A DNA stretch of 64,000 bases from positions 96,001-160,000 of the forward strand of contig CBDCWP010000010.1 in NCBI GenBank assembly GCA_965223505.1, given 5' to 3'. This document shows, one piece after another, positions 9,904 through 19,100 of the stretch (its first letter is position 1; the number at the start of each line of letters is the position of its first letter). The notes below the pieces were generated by a model, which worked only from the letters and a program-made list of their open reading frames with translations, was not told the DNA's origin and searched no databases. Position numbers and translations under genes: made by a program. The DNA is from Planctomycetota bacterium. GTDB lineage: Bacteria > Planctomycetota > PLA2 > JAEUHO01.

Positions 9904-10485
9904 TCAAGAAGCCGTCGCGTGCGGCAGGTCGTGGAGTACGAACTCGGGCACGCATCCGAGGGCGACGTACCTGCCTTTCAGCGGCTCCTCGAGCGTGTCG
10001 AAGTCGTCGACGCCGCCACGGCACGCCACGCTCCCGCACACACAAGAGCTCAGCGACCAGTGACCTCGGCTCATCCAAGTCGAGTAGTCGAAACTGACCT
10101 CCTCCCCACACTGCACGGCCGCGATGGCGCGGAGTGCGGGGCCGTCGTCTTCTTCGAACAGGCCGCAGTTCGGCTGGCACGAGTGGTTCACGTAGTCATC
10201 GAAGCTGCCAGAAGGCCCCATGAACAGTCGCGGCCCGACCTGGAGCCAATGGTCCAGCCTCTCGATCGACTCGACAGGAGCCGTCTCACCTCGGAATCGG
10301 ACGATCAACTCCCCAACCGGGAAGGGCCGTAACGCGAACACGCCTCGCCCCTTGCCGGGGGTGATGCCTAGGCAGAGGTCTGCACTTCCAGGATGACTGG
10401 GCATCGAAACGCGAGGACGGGCCGTCACCGGGGTAGCCGCTTGCGAGGCCTTCTGCAGGCCGTTCCTGTTCTTGTCGTTCGGCAT
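9904..10485 (-). CDS. SET domain protein-lysine methyltransferase with post-SET Zn motif
   Basis: GKGRGVFA, YVNHSCQPN, GEEVSFDY and post-SET CVCGSVAC; start chosen after GAGGT. Confidence 0.9.
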   Translation of the reverse strand: MPNDKNRNGLQKASQAATPVTARPRVSMPSHPGSADLCLGITPGKGRGVFALRPFPVGELIVRFRGETAPVESIERLDHWLQVGPRLFMGPSGSFDDYVNHSCQPNCGLFEEDDGPALRAIAAVQCGEEVSFDYSTWMSRGHWSLSSCVCGSVACRGGVDDFDTLEEPLKGRYVALGCVPEFVLHDLPHATAS

Positions 10486-10923
10486 CGGCTCGACCTCGTC
10501 CACCGCGAGACCGCACTGGATGACCGAACCGTCCGGCTTCCTGCACGGCACGAGACGTTCGCGGAGGGTTGGGCTCAGCGACGCACAGGCCGTGCCTCAT
10601 CCGCGCGAGGACACACACGGTCCGCGAACGCCGCGGGGAGAAGACCTGGTGACGTCGTGACGCGTGGCAAATTGCCCCTGCGACGGGGCACGTTGCCTCA
10701 CCTGGGCCCGGTGGATGGGAGTCTCCGAGCGCGCCGCGAGGGCAACGCGGACCACCTTCGGCGCGGTGACCCGTCGCGAAGGTGTCGCGGCGGCGGGGTT
10801 ACGGCGGCGGCGCACCCTCCGCGAGGAGATCGAGCAGGACAGAGAGCAGCGCCGTGGTTTCGATACGGACTCGGTCAGCTGCCGGTGCGTCCCGGCATCG
10901 CCGACGGACGTTCGGGGGAGTCG

Positions 10924-12723
10924 CTAGATCAGCATGACCACCGCCGTCGCGGACATCAGCACGGTCAAGATCCCGCCCACGACGACGAAATCACGCGTGC
11001 GATAGCCCGCGGGGCTGATCACCATCAGGTTGCACGCGTGCGCGAAGGGCAGCATGAACGCGCAGCTCGTCCCGATGGCGACGGCCAGGAACGCGCGCGA
11101 CACGTCGTACCCCGTGGCCGCGGCGGCCTCGAAGGCAACGGGCGCGAGAATCACGGCCGCCGCGGCGTTGTTGCTGGTCGTACTGAGCAACGCCGAGGCC
11201 AAGAACAAGCAGGCCACCAGCCCGGCCGTGCCGGCGGTGTCGTGCACCCCGCGCAGCAACTCCGCCGCGTTGCCTGCCAGTCCACTGGCGTCGAGCGCGA
11301 TCCCGAGCGGGATGGTTCCAATGACGAGGAAGAGGATGGTGAAGTCCACCGATCGGCGCGCTCCGTCGACCGACAAGCAGCCGCTGACCACCATGAGCAC
11401 GGCCGCGCCCAACGCGCTCAATGCGAGCGGCATCCAGCCGAAGAGGGGTGGCAAGAGCGCCAGCAGCAGAAGCCCGACCGCAAGGGGCGCGCGGCTGACG
11501 TCTTCCTCGACGGCGTCTCCGTGGCCGAGGACGAGGAAGTCGACGTCTTCCGAAAGCTCACGGATCTTGGCGAGCGGCCCCGAGACGAGAAGGGCGTCTC
11601 CGAGCGCGAGAGGACGCTCGGCGAACGCGGCAGTCTCGATCGCACCACCGTGCCAAAGCGAGATCGCGTGAAGCCCGTACTTCCTCCGGAAGTCCAGCTC
11701 CAACAATGTGCGACCGATGGCACCGCTGCGCGGCGCGAGCGTGACTTCGGCGAGTGTGACGCCGCGGCCGATCAACCGTTCGACCTCTTCGGCATCCGCC
11801 TCGCGGAGTTCCAGCTGGAGCTCGTCCGCCATGCGGCGCGCGTCCGCCGGCTCTCCCTCGAGGTAGAGGATGTCGCCCGCCTGGAGCACGAGCGTCGCCT
11901 TCGGTTGTAGCGACTTGCGGCCGAGCGGTGTGGCACGCAAGACGAGGACGGCGTCCATGCGGTAGTCGCGACGCAGCCCGGAGTCCTCGAGCGCCTTCCC
12001 GACCAGGGGGGATTGCCGCTCGAGACCTGCGTGGAACAGCGTGTTCGTGAGCTCGTAGGCGGCCGCGAGCTGCTCCTGTCGCTCCATGTGGCCCGGGCGG
12101 CGCGTCCGACGCGTGTCCGGGAGCAGGCGCCAGCCGACCGTCGCCATGAAGACGATCCCGACGAGGACGATCGGTCCGCCGATGGCAGCGAACTCGAACA
12201 TGCCGAGTCCCGATCCCGTTCGCAGCCTCAGCTCATTGCCGAGAATCAGGTTGGGCGTCGTTCCGATCAGGGTGAGCGTGCCGCCCAGGATGCCCGCGTA
12301 GGCGAGGGGCATGAGCAGCCGCGAGGCGGCCACGCCCGTCCGGCGGCTCAGCACGGCGACGGCCGGCAAGAACACGGCCACCGTCGCGGTGTTGGACATG
12401 AACGCGCTCATCAACGCGGTTGCGACCATGACCAGCACGATGAGCCGGGTCACACCGCGCCCTCCGACCCGCTCCAGGCCGCGCGCGCAGAGCGTCGCCA
12501 CCCCGCTCTCCTGGAGTCCGGCCCCGAGCAGCAGGATGCCGGCAAGGGCGATCACGGCCTGATTGCCGAATCCGCGCAGGCTTTGCTCGGTGGACAAGAC
12601 CCCGGTGGCGGCGAGCACGAGGGGGATCGCGAGGGCCGTCACGGCGAGCGGGATCCACTTCGTCACGAACAAGACGACGGCTACCGCCAGGGTGATGACC
12701 GAGATCCAGGCGTCCACGCTCAT
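10924..12723 (-). CDS. SLC13/CitMHS-type permease with two TrkA_C domains
   Basis: SAFMSNTATVA, LGGTLTLIGTTPNL, central RCK_C repeats, SNNAAAVILAP, NLMVISPAGY. Confidence 0.9.
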   Translation of the reverse strand: MSVDAWISVITLAVAVVLFVTKWIPLAVTALAIPLVLAATGVLSTEQSLRGFGNQAVIALAGILLLGAGLQESGVATLCARGLERVGGRGVTRLIVLVMVATALMSAFMSNTATVAVFLPAVAVLSRRTGVAASRLLMPLAYAGILGGTLTLIGTTPNLILGNELRLRTGSGLGMFEFAAIGGPIVLVGIVFMATVGWRLLPDTRRTRRPGHMERQEQLAAAYELTNTLFHAGLERQSPLVGKALEDSGLRRDYRMDAVLVLRATPLGRKSLQPKATLVLQAGDILYLEGEPADARRMADELQLELREADAEEVERLIGRGVTLAEVTLAPRSGAIGRTLLELDFRRKYGLHAISLWHGGAIETAAFAERPLALGDALLVSGPLAKIRELSEDVDFLVLGHGDAVEEDVSRAPLAVGLLLLALLPPLFGWMPLALSALGAAVLMVVSGCLSVDGARRSVDFTILFLVIGTIPLGIALDASGLAGNAAELLRGVHDTAGTAGLVACLFLASALLSTTSNNAAAAVILAPVAFEAAAATGYDVSRAFLAVAIGTSCAFMLPFAHACNLMVISPAGYRTRDFVVVGGILTVLMSATAVVMLI

Positions 12724-12904
12724 CGCAGGACTGTACCGACGAAGCGACCGGGAGTCCGGTATCCGATCCAGACATTCGGCCGTGGGTCCCGCGCTGTGCG
12801 CGTGGATGCGTCGCCACGACGCGCGCCGAGCGGTCACGAATCGCAATGCGTTCCGGCCTTTTCTACCTTGTACGCTACCGGACCGCAGCCCGGAGGCACC
12901 TACC

Positions 12905-13171
12905 GTGGTCGACATCCGCGAGGCGGCGCAGGCCGCTCTTCAGTTCATGCGCGACATCTACGAGGAAGACGACCTCGACAAGCTCGGCGTCGAAGAAGTC
13001 GAGCGCGACACGGAGAACGGTCATTGGTTGGTGACCGTCGGCGTCGGTGGCGCCAAGCCCGCCAGCACCATGTCGGTCGTCGAAGGGGAGGGCGTCGATC
13101 GACACTACAAGGTCATCCAGATCGACGCGGAGAGCGGCGCCGTGATCTCGATGCGCAACTCGAGCAGCTGA
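12905..13171 (+). CDS. Small acidic hypothetical protein
   Basis: GGAGG RBS, GTG start; VEEVE..HWLVTVG..YKVIQIDAESGAVISM; good codon bias. Confidence 0.7.
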   Translation: MVDIREAAQAALQFMRDIYEEDDLDKLGVEEVERDTENGHWLVTVGVGGAKPASTMSVVEGEGVDRHYKVIQIDAESGAVISMRNSSS

Positions 13172-13238
13172 CGACCTGATTCGCCGAGCGTCCGCTCGGC
13201 TCAGAGCAACGCTGCAACGTCGATCGTAGCGTCGCCCG

Positions 13239-14279
13239 CTAGTAGCCGGCCTTCTTGTCGACGACGTTCACGAGCGGCTCTCCCTTCGCGAATCGCTCCA
13301 CGTTCTCGCGGAAGATCGCCAAGCGGCGCTCCTTCGTCAGCTCCGCCTTGCCCGCGACGTGCGGTGTGATCACGACGTTGTCCATGGCCCAGAGCGGGCT
13401 GGCGACCGGCAACGGCTCCGGATCGGTCACATCGAGGCATGCGCCGCCCAGATGGCCGGACTTCAACGCGGCCACGAGAGCATCGCTGTCGACGATGGCG
13501 CCGCGGGCGATGTTGATCAAGATCGCGCCCGGCTTGATCTTCGCGATGCGCTCGGCATCGAAGAGCCCGCGTGTGTCGGACGTGAGCGGCAGCGCGATCG
13601 CGACGACGTCCGCCCGCGGCAGAAAGCGGTCGAGGTCCTTGGCCGTACCGAGCTCCTGGACGTAGTCGGGCGCCGTTCGGGCGGTGCGCACCGTCGCCAG
13701 CACGTTCATGTCGAACGCGTGACCGCGCTTGGCGATCTCGCGGCCGATGCCTCCCATGCCCACCACCAGCAACGTCGTCTCGGCGAGCGCCGCTTGGTCC
13801 TTGCCCGCGCGCCGATCCCAGCGTGCCTCGCGTTGGGCCGCGCGAAACGCCCCGAGGTCCCGGCGCAGATAGAGCAGCATCGCGAAGACGTGCTCGCTGA
13901 TCACCGGGCCGTGGGCGCCCTTCATGTTGGTGAACGTGATCGCGTCGTTCTTCATCAAGCCCTCGAGTTTGAGGTAGCGATCGACCCCTGCGCTCCACGA
14001 TTGGACCCAGCGCAGGTTCGTCGCCGCCGAGAGGAACGCGTCCGACACCAGATGCGCGTCGGCGCCGTGGAACTCCGCGGCCCGTGCGAGCGCGTCCTTG
14101 CGCGAGAGGCCGGTGACGAAGCGCACGTTCGGCGCCGCCTCGGCCATCGCGGCGACCTGCGCCTCGTCGAGCGCGCTCGTCAAGTAGACGAGCTGATCGT
14201 CCGGTTCGGCGGCGATCTCGCCACAGGCCGTCAGGCAGAGTGCGAACGCGAGGACGGAGGGAGCACGAAGTCGGCACAT
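13239..14279 (-). CDS. D-2-hydroxyacid dehydrogenase with N-terminal lipoprotein-like signal
   Basis: VVGMGGIG, INIARG, LDVTDPEPL, ITPHVAG; N-terminus ..VLAFALCLTA-C; AAGGAG RBS. Confidence 0.9.
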   Translation of the reverse strand: MCRLRAPSVLAFALCLTACGEIAAEPDDQLVYLTSALDEAQVAAMAEAAPNVRFVTGLSRKDALARAAEFHGADAHLVSDAFLSAATNLRWVQSWSAGVDRYLKLEGLMKNDAITFTNMKGAHGPVISEHVFAMLLYLRRDLGAFRAAQREARWDRRAGKDQAALAETTLLVVGMGGIGREIAKRGHAFDMNVLATVRTARTAPDYVQELGTAKDLDRFLPRADVVAIALPLTSDTRGLFDAERIAKIKPGAILINIARGAIVDSDALVAALKSGHLGGACLDVTDPEPLPVASPLWAMDNVVITPHVAGKAELTKERRLAIFRENVERFAKGEPLVNVVDKKAGY

Positions 14280-14425
14280 GGACGGTCTCCTTCGTCGAGA
14301 GAGAGTCGAGAGAGATGCGTGAGATGGTACGGGAGAGGCCCCGCTCCTCTCGACCGAGCGAGAGGTGTCGCCGCCTGCGCCGTTGCCCGGGTCGCGGGCA
14401 GGTCGCTAGATTGGAGCGGGGTCGC

Positions 14426-14785
14426 ATGGACCAACCGCAGCATTCCGAGTTCGGCCTGCGCTGGCGCGTAAAACTGATCGCGGCACTCGTCGTCATGGCC
14501 GCGCTCGTCGTGATCTCCGCCGTCGGCATCGGCGTCACGCTCCATGGCCGTACCGAGACCCAAGACTCCCTGGATCACTGGCGCGCCGTCGCCGAAGACG
14601 AGGCCGCGGAAGGAAGTCGGCCCGGGTCCGGTTTCGAGTCGCCGAAGTCGCGAATCCAGCGGTTGGAGAAGGAGCTCGACGCCGTCCCCGGGCGCTTGTT
14701 CCCGCTCTGCGCTTTGTTCGTCGTCGCGAGCGTCCTGCTGGTGCTCGGCTACCGCAAGCTGCGCCCAAGCCGTCGCACGGCCTGA
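14426..14785 (+). CDS. Hypothetical two-TM membrane protein
   Basis: Two hydrophobic helices flanking a charged loop; GGAGCGGGG upstream. Confidence 0.55.
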   Translation: MDQPQHSEFGLRWRVKLIAALVVMAALVVISAVGIGVTLHGRTETQDSLDHWRAVAEDEAAEGSRPGSGFESPKSRIQRLEKELDAVPGRLFPLCALFVVASVLLVLGYRKLRPSRRTA

Positions 14786-14949
14786 CGCCGGGGCGCGCGC
14801 TCGACGGCGACCTCGCCCGGACCCTCGGAACGCGGCGAAAAAAAATCCGGGCCGGTCCGAGCGCGGATGCCGTGTGAACAGATGGAAGCGCATCTCACGA
14901 AGCTGCTTCCGGAAGCACCGGACCAAACGGCGGTGGAAAGGGAACCATC

Positions 14950-15526
14950 ATGACCAAGACGACCTACGCCCTGTTGAGCGCGGCCTTCGTGCTCGGAATC
15001 CTGTTCACCCAGTCCGGCGTCGCGCCCAGCGAGGCACGCTCGGGCGGAAGCCACAGCTCGTTCGTGGTCCGCCTCGCAGGCACCGCCCAGGCGCGCTCGC
15101 TCAACGCCGAAGAGATCGCCATCCTCGACGCCGACCAGGCGACGATCGACAACGCGCTCTGCTTCGACCTCGACCTGGGTCGATCCCGAGACCGGCCGCG
15201 TGATCGGGCAGGCGACCGACTGCCTGCTGAACATTTCGGAGGTCGCACCGGGCCTGTTCATCGAGGCGGCGACCTTCTTCCGTCTGCCGGAAGGCCTGCT
15301 CGTCGCCGAAGGACGCACGACCGTGCAGCCCAAGACGGGCGGCTCGACCCCGATCACGCACGTCACGGGATCGATTCCCACGCCCGGTGACAACTCGATC
15401 CTGCACGGAACGGAGCGTTTCGCCGGCGCCGAGGGTGAAGTTCGCCTCTCGGGCGCGGTCAACCTCTCCAACGTCGGATCCGGCGAGATCACGTTCGACT
15501 GCCTGTTCGTGATCGATCTCGACTGA
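14950..15526 (+). CDS. Secreted beta-barrel protein (dirigent/allene-oxide-cyclase-like), one apparent frameshift
   Basis: Signal peptide. Removing one G at 15177-15179 joins CFDLDL-VDPETGRVIGQATDC..ILHGTERFAGAEGEV into one ORF of about 191 aa. Confidence 0.6.
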
Positions 15527-15548
15527 GCGACGGGTCACGAAGCAGAAC

Positions 15549-15581
15549 GAGCCCGCCCGCGATCTCGCGGGCGGGCTCTTT
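15549..15581 (+). terminator. Rho-independent terminator between convergent genes
   Basis: GAGCCCGCCCGCGA-tc-TCGCGGGCGGGCTC perfect 14-bp inverted repeat followed by TTT. Confidence 0.8.
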
Positions 15582-15599
15582 GATTTCGGCGACGCGCGC

Positions 15600-16163
15600 C
15601 TACTTCGCCAGGCGCCAACGCAGCCACGTACGCGCGGCGCGCCAGTCCTCTTTGACGGTCGTCGCGGAAGCGCCCATCGACTCGGCGACCTCCTCGATGG
15701 TCAAGCCGGCCAGGAAGCGCAGCTCGACGACACGCGCAGCGCGCGGGTCCGCCTCGGCGAGCTCCGACAGTGCCGCGTCGAGCTCCACGAGATCGACGCC
15801 CGCCGCTTCCGTCGAAGGATCGCCGCTGAGCTCACCGCTCAACGTCACGCGTCGCCAGCCGCCGCCCCGCTTCTGGGCGCCCTTCTTGGCCGCGTGGTCG
15901 GCGAGAACCTGGCGCATCGCCTTCGCCGCGACACAAAAGAAATGCCGCCGGTTCTCCCAGCTCTCGCGGTTGCGGGACAGCTTCATGTACGCGTCGTGCA
16001 CCAATGCCGTGGGTTGCAGCGTGTGATTGCGGCCGCGCGGACCGAGGAGTCGCCGCGCGGTGGCGCGCAGCTCGTCGTAGACCAGCGGCAGCAGGGCGGT
16101 TCCCGCGGACGCGTCGCCGCTCGTTGCCGCCGTCAGCAGGTCGTCGAACTCCATGTCAGTCAT
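15600..16163 (-). CDS. ECF sigma factor, kinase-associated (ECF43/TIGR02999-like)
   Basis: LLPLVYDELR, HTLQPTALVHDAY, AMRQVLADHA..AQKRGG, VVELRFLAGL..DWRAARTWL. Confidence 0.92.
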   Translation of the reverse strand: MTDMEFDDLLTAATSGDASAGTALLPLVYDELRATARRLLGPRGRNHTLQPTALVHDAYMKLSRNRESWENRRHFFCVAAKAMRQVLADHAAKKGAQKRGGGWRRVTLSGELSGDPSTEAAGVDLVELDAALSELAEADPRAARVVELRFLAGLTIEEVAESMGASATTVKEDWRAARTWLRWRLAK

Positions 16164-19100
16164 CCCACGCTTCCATGATTTCGCGGTGGAGCGTCACGTT
16201 CGCGATCATCGACGCGCGGTACTCTTCCGGAACGTGCTCGACGTGCTCGTCGAGCAGGCGCTTGGCGGCGTCCAGGTACGAGCGTTCACCGGTCACCTGC
16301 CACATCGGGAACAGGACATGGAGGGCGTCGGCCTTTGCGCCCGCCGCTTCGAACGCCGTTCGGGCCGCGTCGACGTCGCCGTCCGGAAGACGCGCGAGCA
16401 ACGCCGCCGCGTGTGCGACGTCAGCCAGACGATTCTGCGCGCGCAGCAATTGCAGCGCCTCTTGCAACGGGCGGCCGGCTGCGTCGAATGCGCCCGCCCG
16501 TAGGTGCAGCTCGCCGAGCTGAATCAACGAGTCGGCCACGCCGTCGCCGTGTCCGGTCTCGCGGCGCACCGCGAGTCCCCGGTTCGCGAACGCGAGCGCG
16601 GCTTCGGGATCCCCCTCCTGGGCGGCGACATCGCCCAGTGCGCGAAGCGCATAGCCCTCGGCGTAACGGGCACCGATCTGCAGGCAGAGCTCCAAGCAGC
16701 TTTGGAGCGCCGCGCGCGCGCGCGCGACCTGGCCGAGCTTCAACCACAGGGGGCCGAGGTTGACGAGCGCGACGGCTTCGCTGCTCTTCTGTCCGATCTC
16801 GCGTGCAATTGCGAGATAGCGCTCACACTGCGCGAGCGCGTCCCCGTAGCGGCCGAGCGTCTGGAACAGACTGCCGAGTCCGCCCATGGTGATCGCTTCC
16901 CCGTGGCGGTTGCCGATCTCGCGCGCGATCGCCAGACTCCGTTGGAATTGCGCCAGCGCCTCCTCGTAGCGGCCCAGCGCGTAGAGCGAGTTGCCGAGAT
17001 CGCCCGTGGCCGCGACCTCCCCGGCGCGATCCCCGATCTCGACGGAGATTGCAAGCTCCTGCTCGAGATACGGCAGCGATGCCTCGTGATGACCGCGGGT
17101 GTGCAGCACCGTGCCCAGACTGCCCAGCGCGCCGGCCTCGCCCCGGCGATCTCCCAGCTCGCGCGAGAGCGCGAGGCTGCGCTCGAACTTCGCCTGCGCA
17201 TCGTCGTAGCGGCCGAGCGCGCGCAGCGCGCGGCCGAGGCCGGTCGTCGCGCCGACCTCTCCGCGACCGTCCCCGACCTCGCGAAAGCATGCCAACGCGC
17301 GCTCGAGGAACCCGAGTGCGTCCTCGTAGCGGCCGGTGCTCGCCAGCAGATCGCCTTCCGCCTGCTCCACTCTCGCGAGCGAACGCTTGTCGGCGGCCAG
17401 CGTCCGGGCTTCGGCCAGCACCGGTTCCTGCTCCGCCCTGCGTCCCAAGAGGTGTAGACGCGAGCTCTTGCGCAGGAGGATCTCGAGTCGGCGCTCGCCC
17501 TCGAGCAGATCCAACGCCCGATCCGCGAGCGCGATCGCTCGCTCGTTGAGGAAGGCGGCTTCGAGCTCGTCGAGCGCGGCGTCGAGATGGGGGAGCGCGC
17601 GCTCGGCATGGACACCTCGCAGGTGATGCTCGCAGATGTCGAGCGGCGTGCCGCCGTCTTCCAGCGCGGTCGCGATCGCGGCGTGGTACTCCTCGCGCAG
17701 GGGCTTCGAGAGCCCTTCGTAGAGCGTCTCTTGCACCTGGTGGTGGTCGAACACGAAGTGGTCCCCGACGGCGTGCACGAGCCGGTGTCGCTTCTCGATT
17801 CGGCCGAGCATCTGCAGCGCGACGATCCGAGCGATCCCCAGCACCGTGGCCACGACGCCGGACTCGAACTCGAACCCAAGGCAGCTCGCGATGTCGAGCA
17901 GGGTCCGTTCGTCGTCGGCGAGCTCGGCGACGCGCGCGTTCACGATGCCGGCGACGGACGAGGGCACCGAGATCTCCTCGATGCGCCGGGTCGTCGCCCA
18001 GGATCCATCGGGTTGGCGTGCGATGAAGCGCCCCTCGCGGAGGCCCTGGATGATCTCGAACGCGAAGAAGGGATTGCCGTCGGACTTGAGCGCGATCTGA
18101 TGGCCCAGCTCCCCGGCCAGTCGTTCCGAGCGGAACACGTCCTCCAGCAGCTTCGCGAGGTCTTTCGGGCCCAGCCGGGCAACCTGGGCGTGCGTGGCGT
18201 GGTCCAGACGATCGATCTCGGCGATCCAGCGTTCGCTCACGCCCGGGCGCATCGTGCCCACGAGCAAGACGCGATGTCCCGGCGCCGCCATCGCCAACGA
18301 CGAGAAGAGCGCGCGTCCTTCCTCCGGGGCGAAGTGCAGATCGTCGATCAGCACGATCGTCGTTCGCTCGGCGGCGAGCGCGTGCGTGGCGTGGACGAAC
18401 ACCGTCTGCAGCGAGTCCTTGGTGAGCGCCTGGGCCTCGGACGGGAGCGCCTCGCCCCGCAACACCGCGGCGAACGCGGGAACCAGGACCGGCGTCGCCG
18501 TGAGGACGTCGGCGAGCGACTGCTCGAGTCCCTCGGCGCCGAACTGCTCGCGATAGGCCTCGGAGAATGCGCCTGACGCCGTCGCCGCCCCGCCGGGCGG
18601 GTACGAACCGAAGAGGAAGTTGACGTTCGGGCCGAGCCGCCGCACGAACTCGTCCACGAGGCGGGTCTTGCCGACGCCGGCCTCGCCTTCGAGCAAGAGC
18701 ACCTGCCCGTCGCCCGCGTCGGCCTTGTCGAACAAGCGCTGGAGCTTCGCGAGGTCGTCGTCGCGACCGTAGACCGCCGTCTCCCGCGCAATGCGGATCC
18801 GCCGCAAGGGCCGCCGGGTCTCCTGACGAAGCGCCGTCGCGCGTTCCCGCCACCATGCGGACCGCTCGCCGTGATCCAGCACGTCCGCGACCTGAGACGC
18901 GCTGTCGAAGCGCTGCTCTCGATCCCGCTGAAGCAGGGTGTGGACCACCTCTTCGAAGAACGCACTGAGCTGCGGGTTGATCTCGCCCGCCTTGCGCGGC
19001 GTGCGCTCGACGATGTTCTTCAGCAGCTTCGAGAAGTCCTTGTCGCGATGCGGGTGCCGGCCCGTGGCGAGCTCGTAGAGCAACACGCCCAGCGCGTAGA

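Noticed and set aside
14830..14880. Shared GTCCG..CGCGG.TG motif here and upstream of the gene starting at 28371, as a possible ECF promoter
   Set aside because: Short GC-rich match with different spacing; chance cannot be excluded from two instances
16711..16726. (CG)8 dinucleotide run
   Set aside because: Lies in frame within the kinase TPR region (ARARAA); no evidence of phase variation
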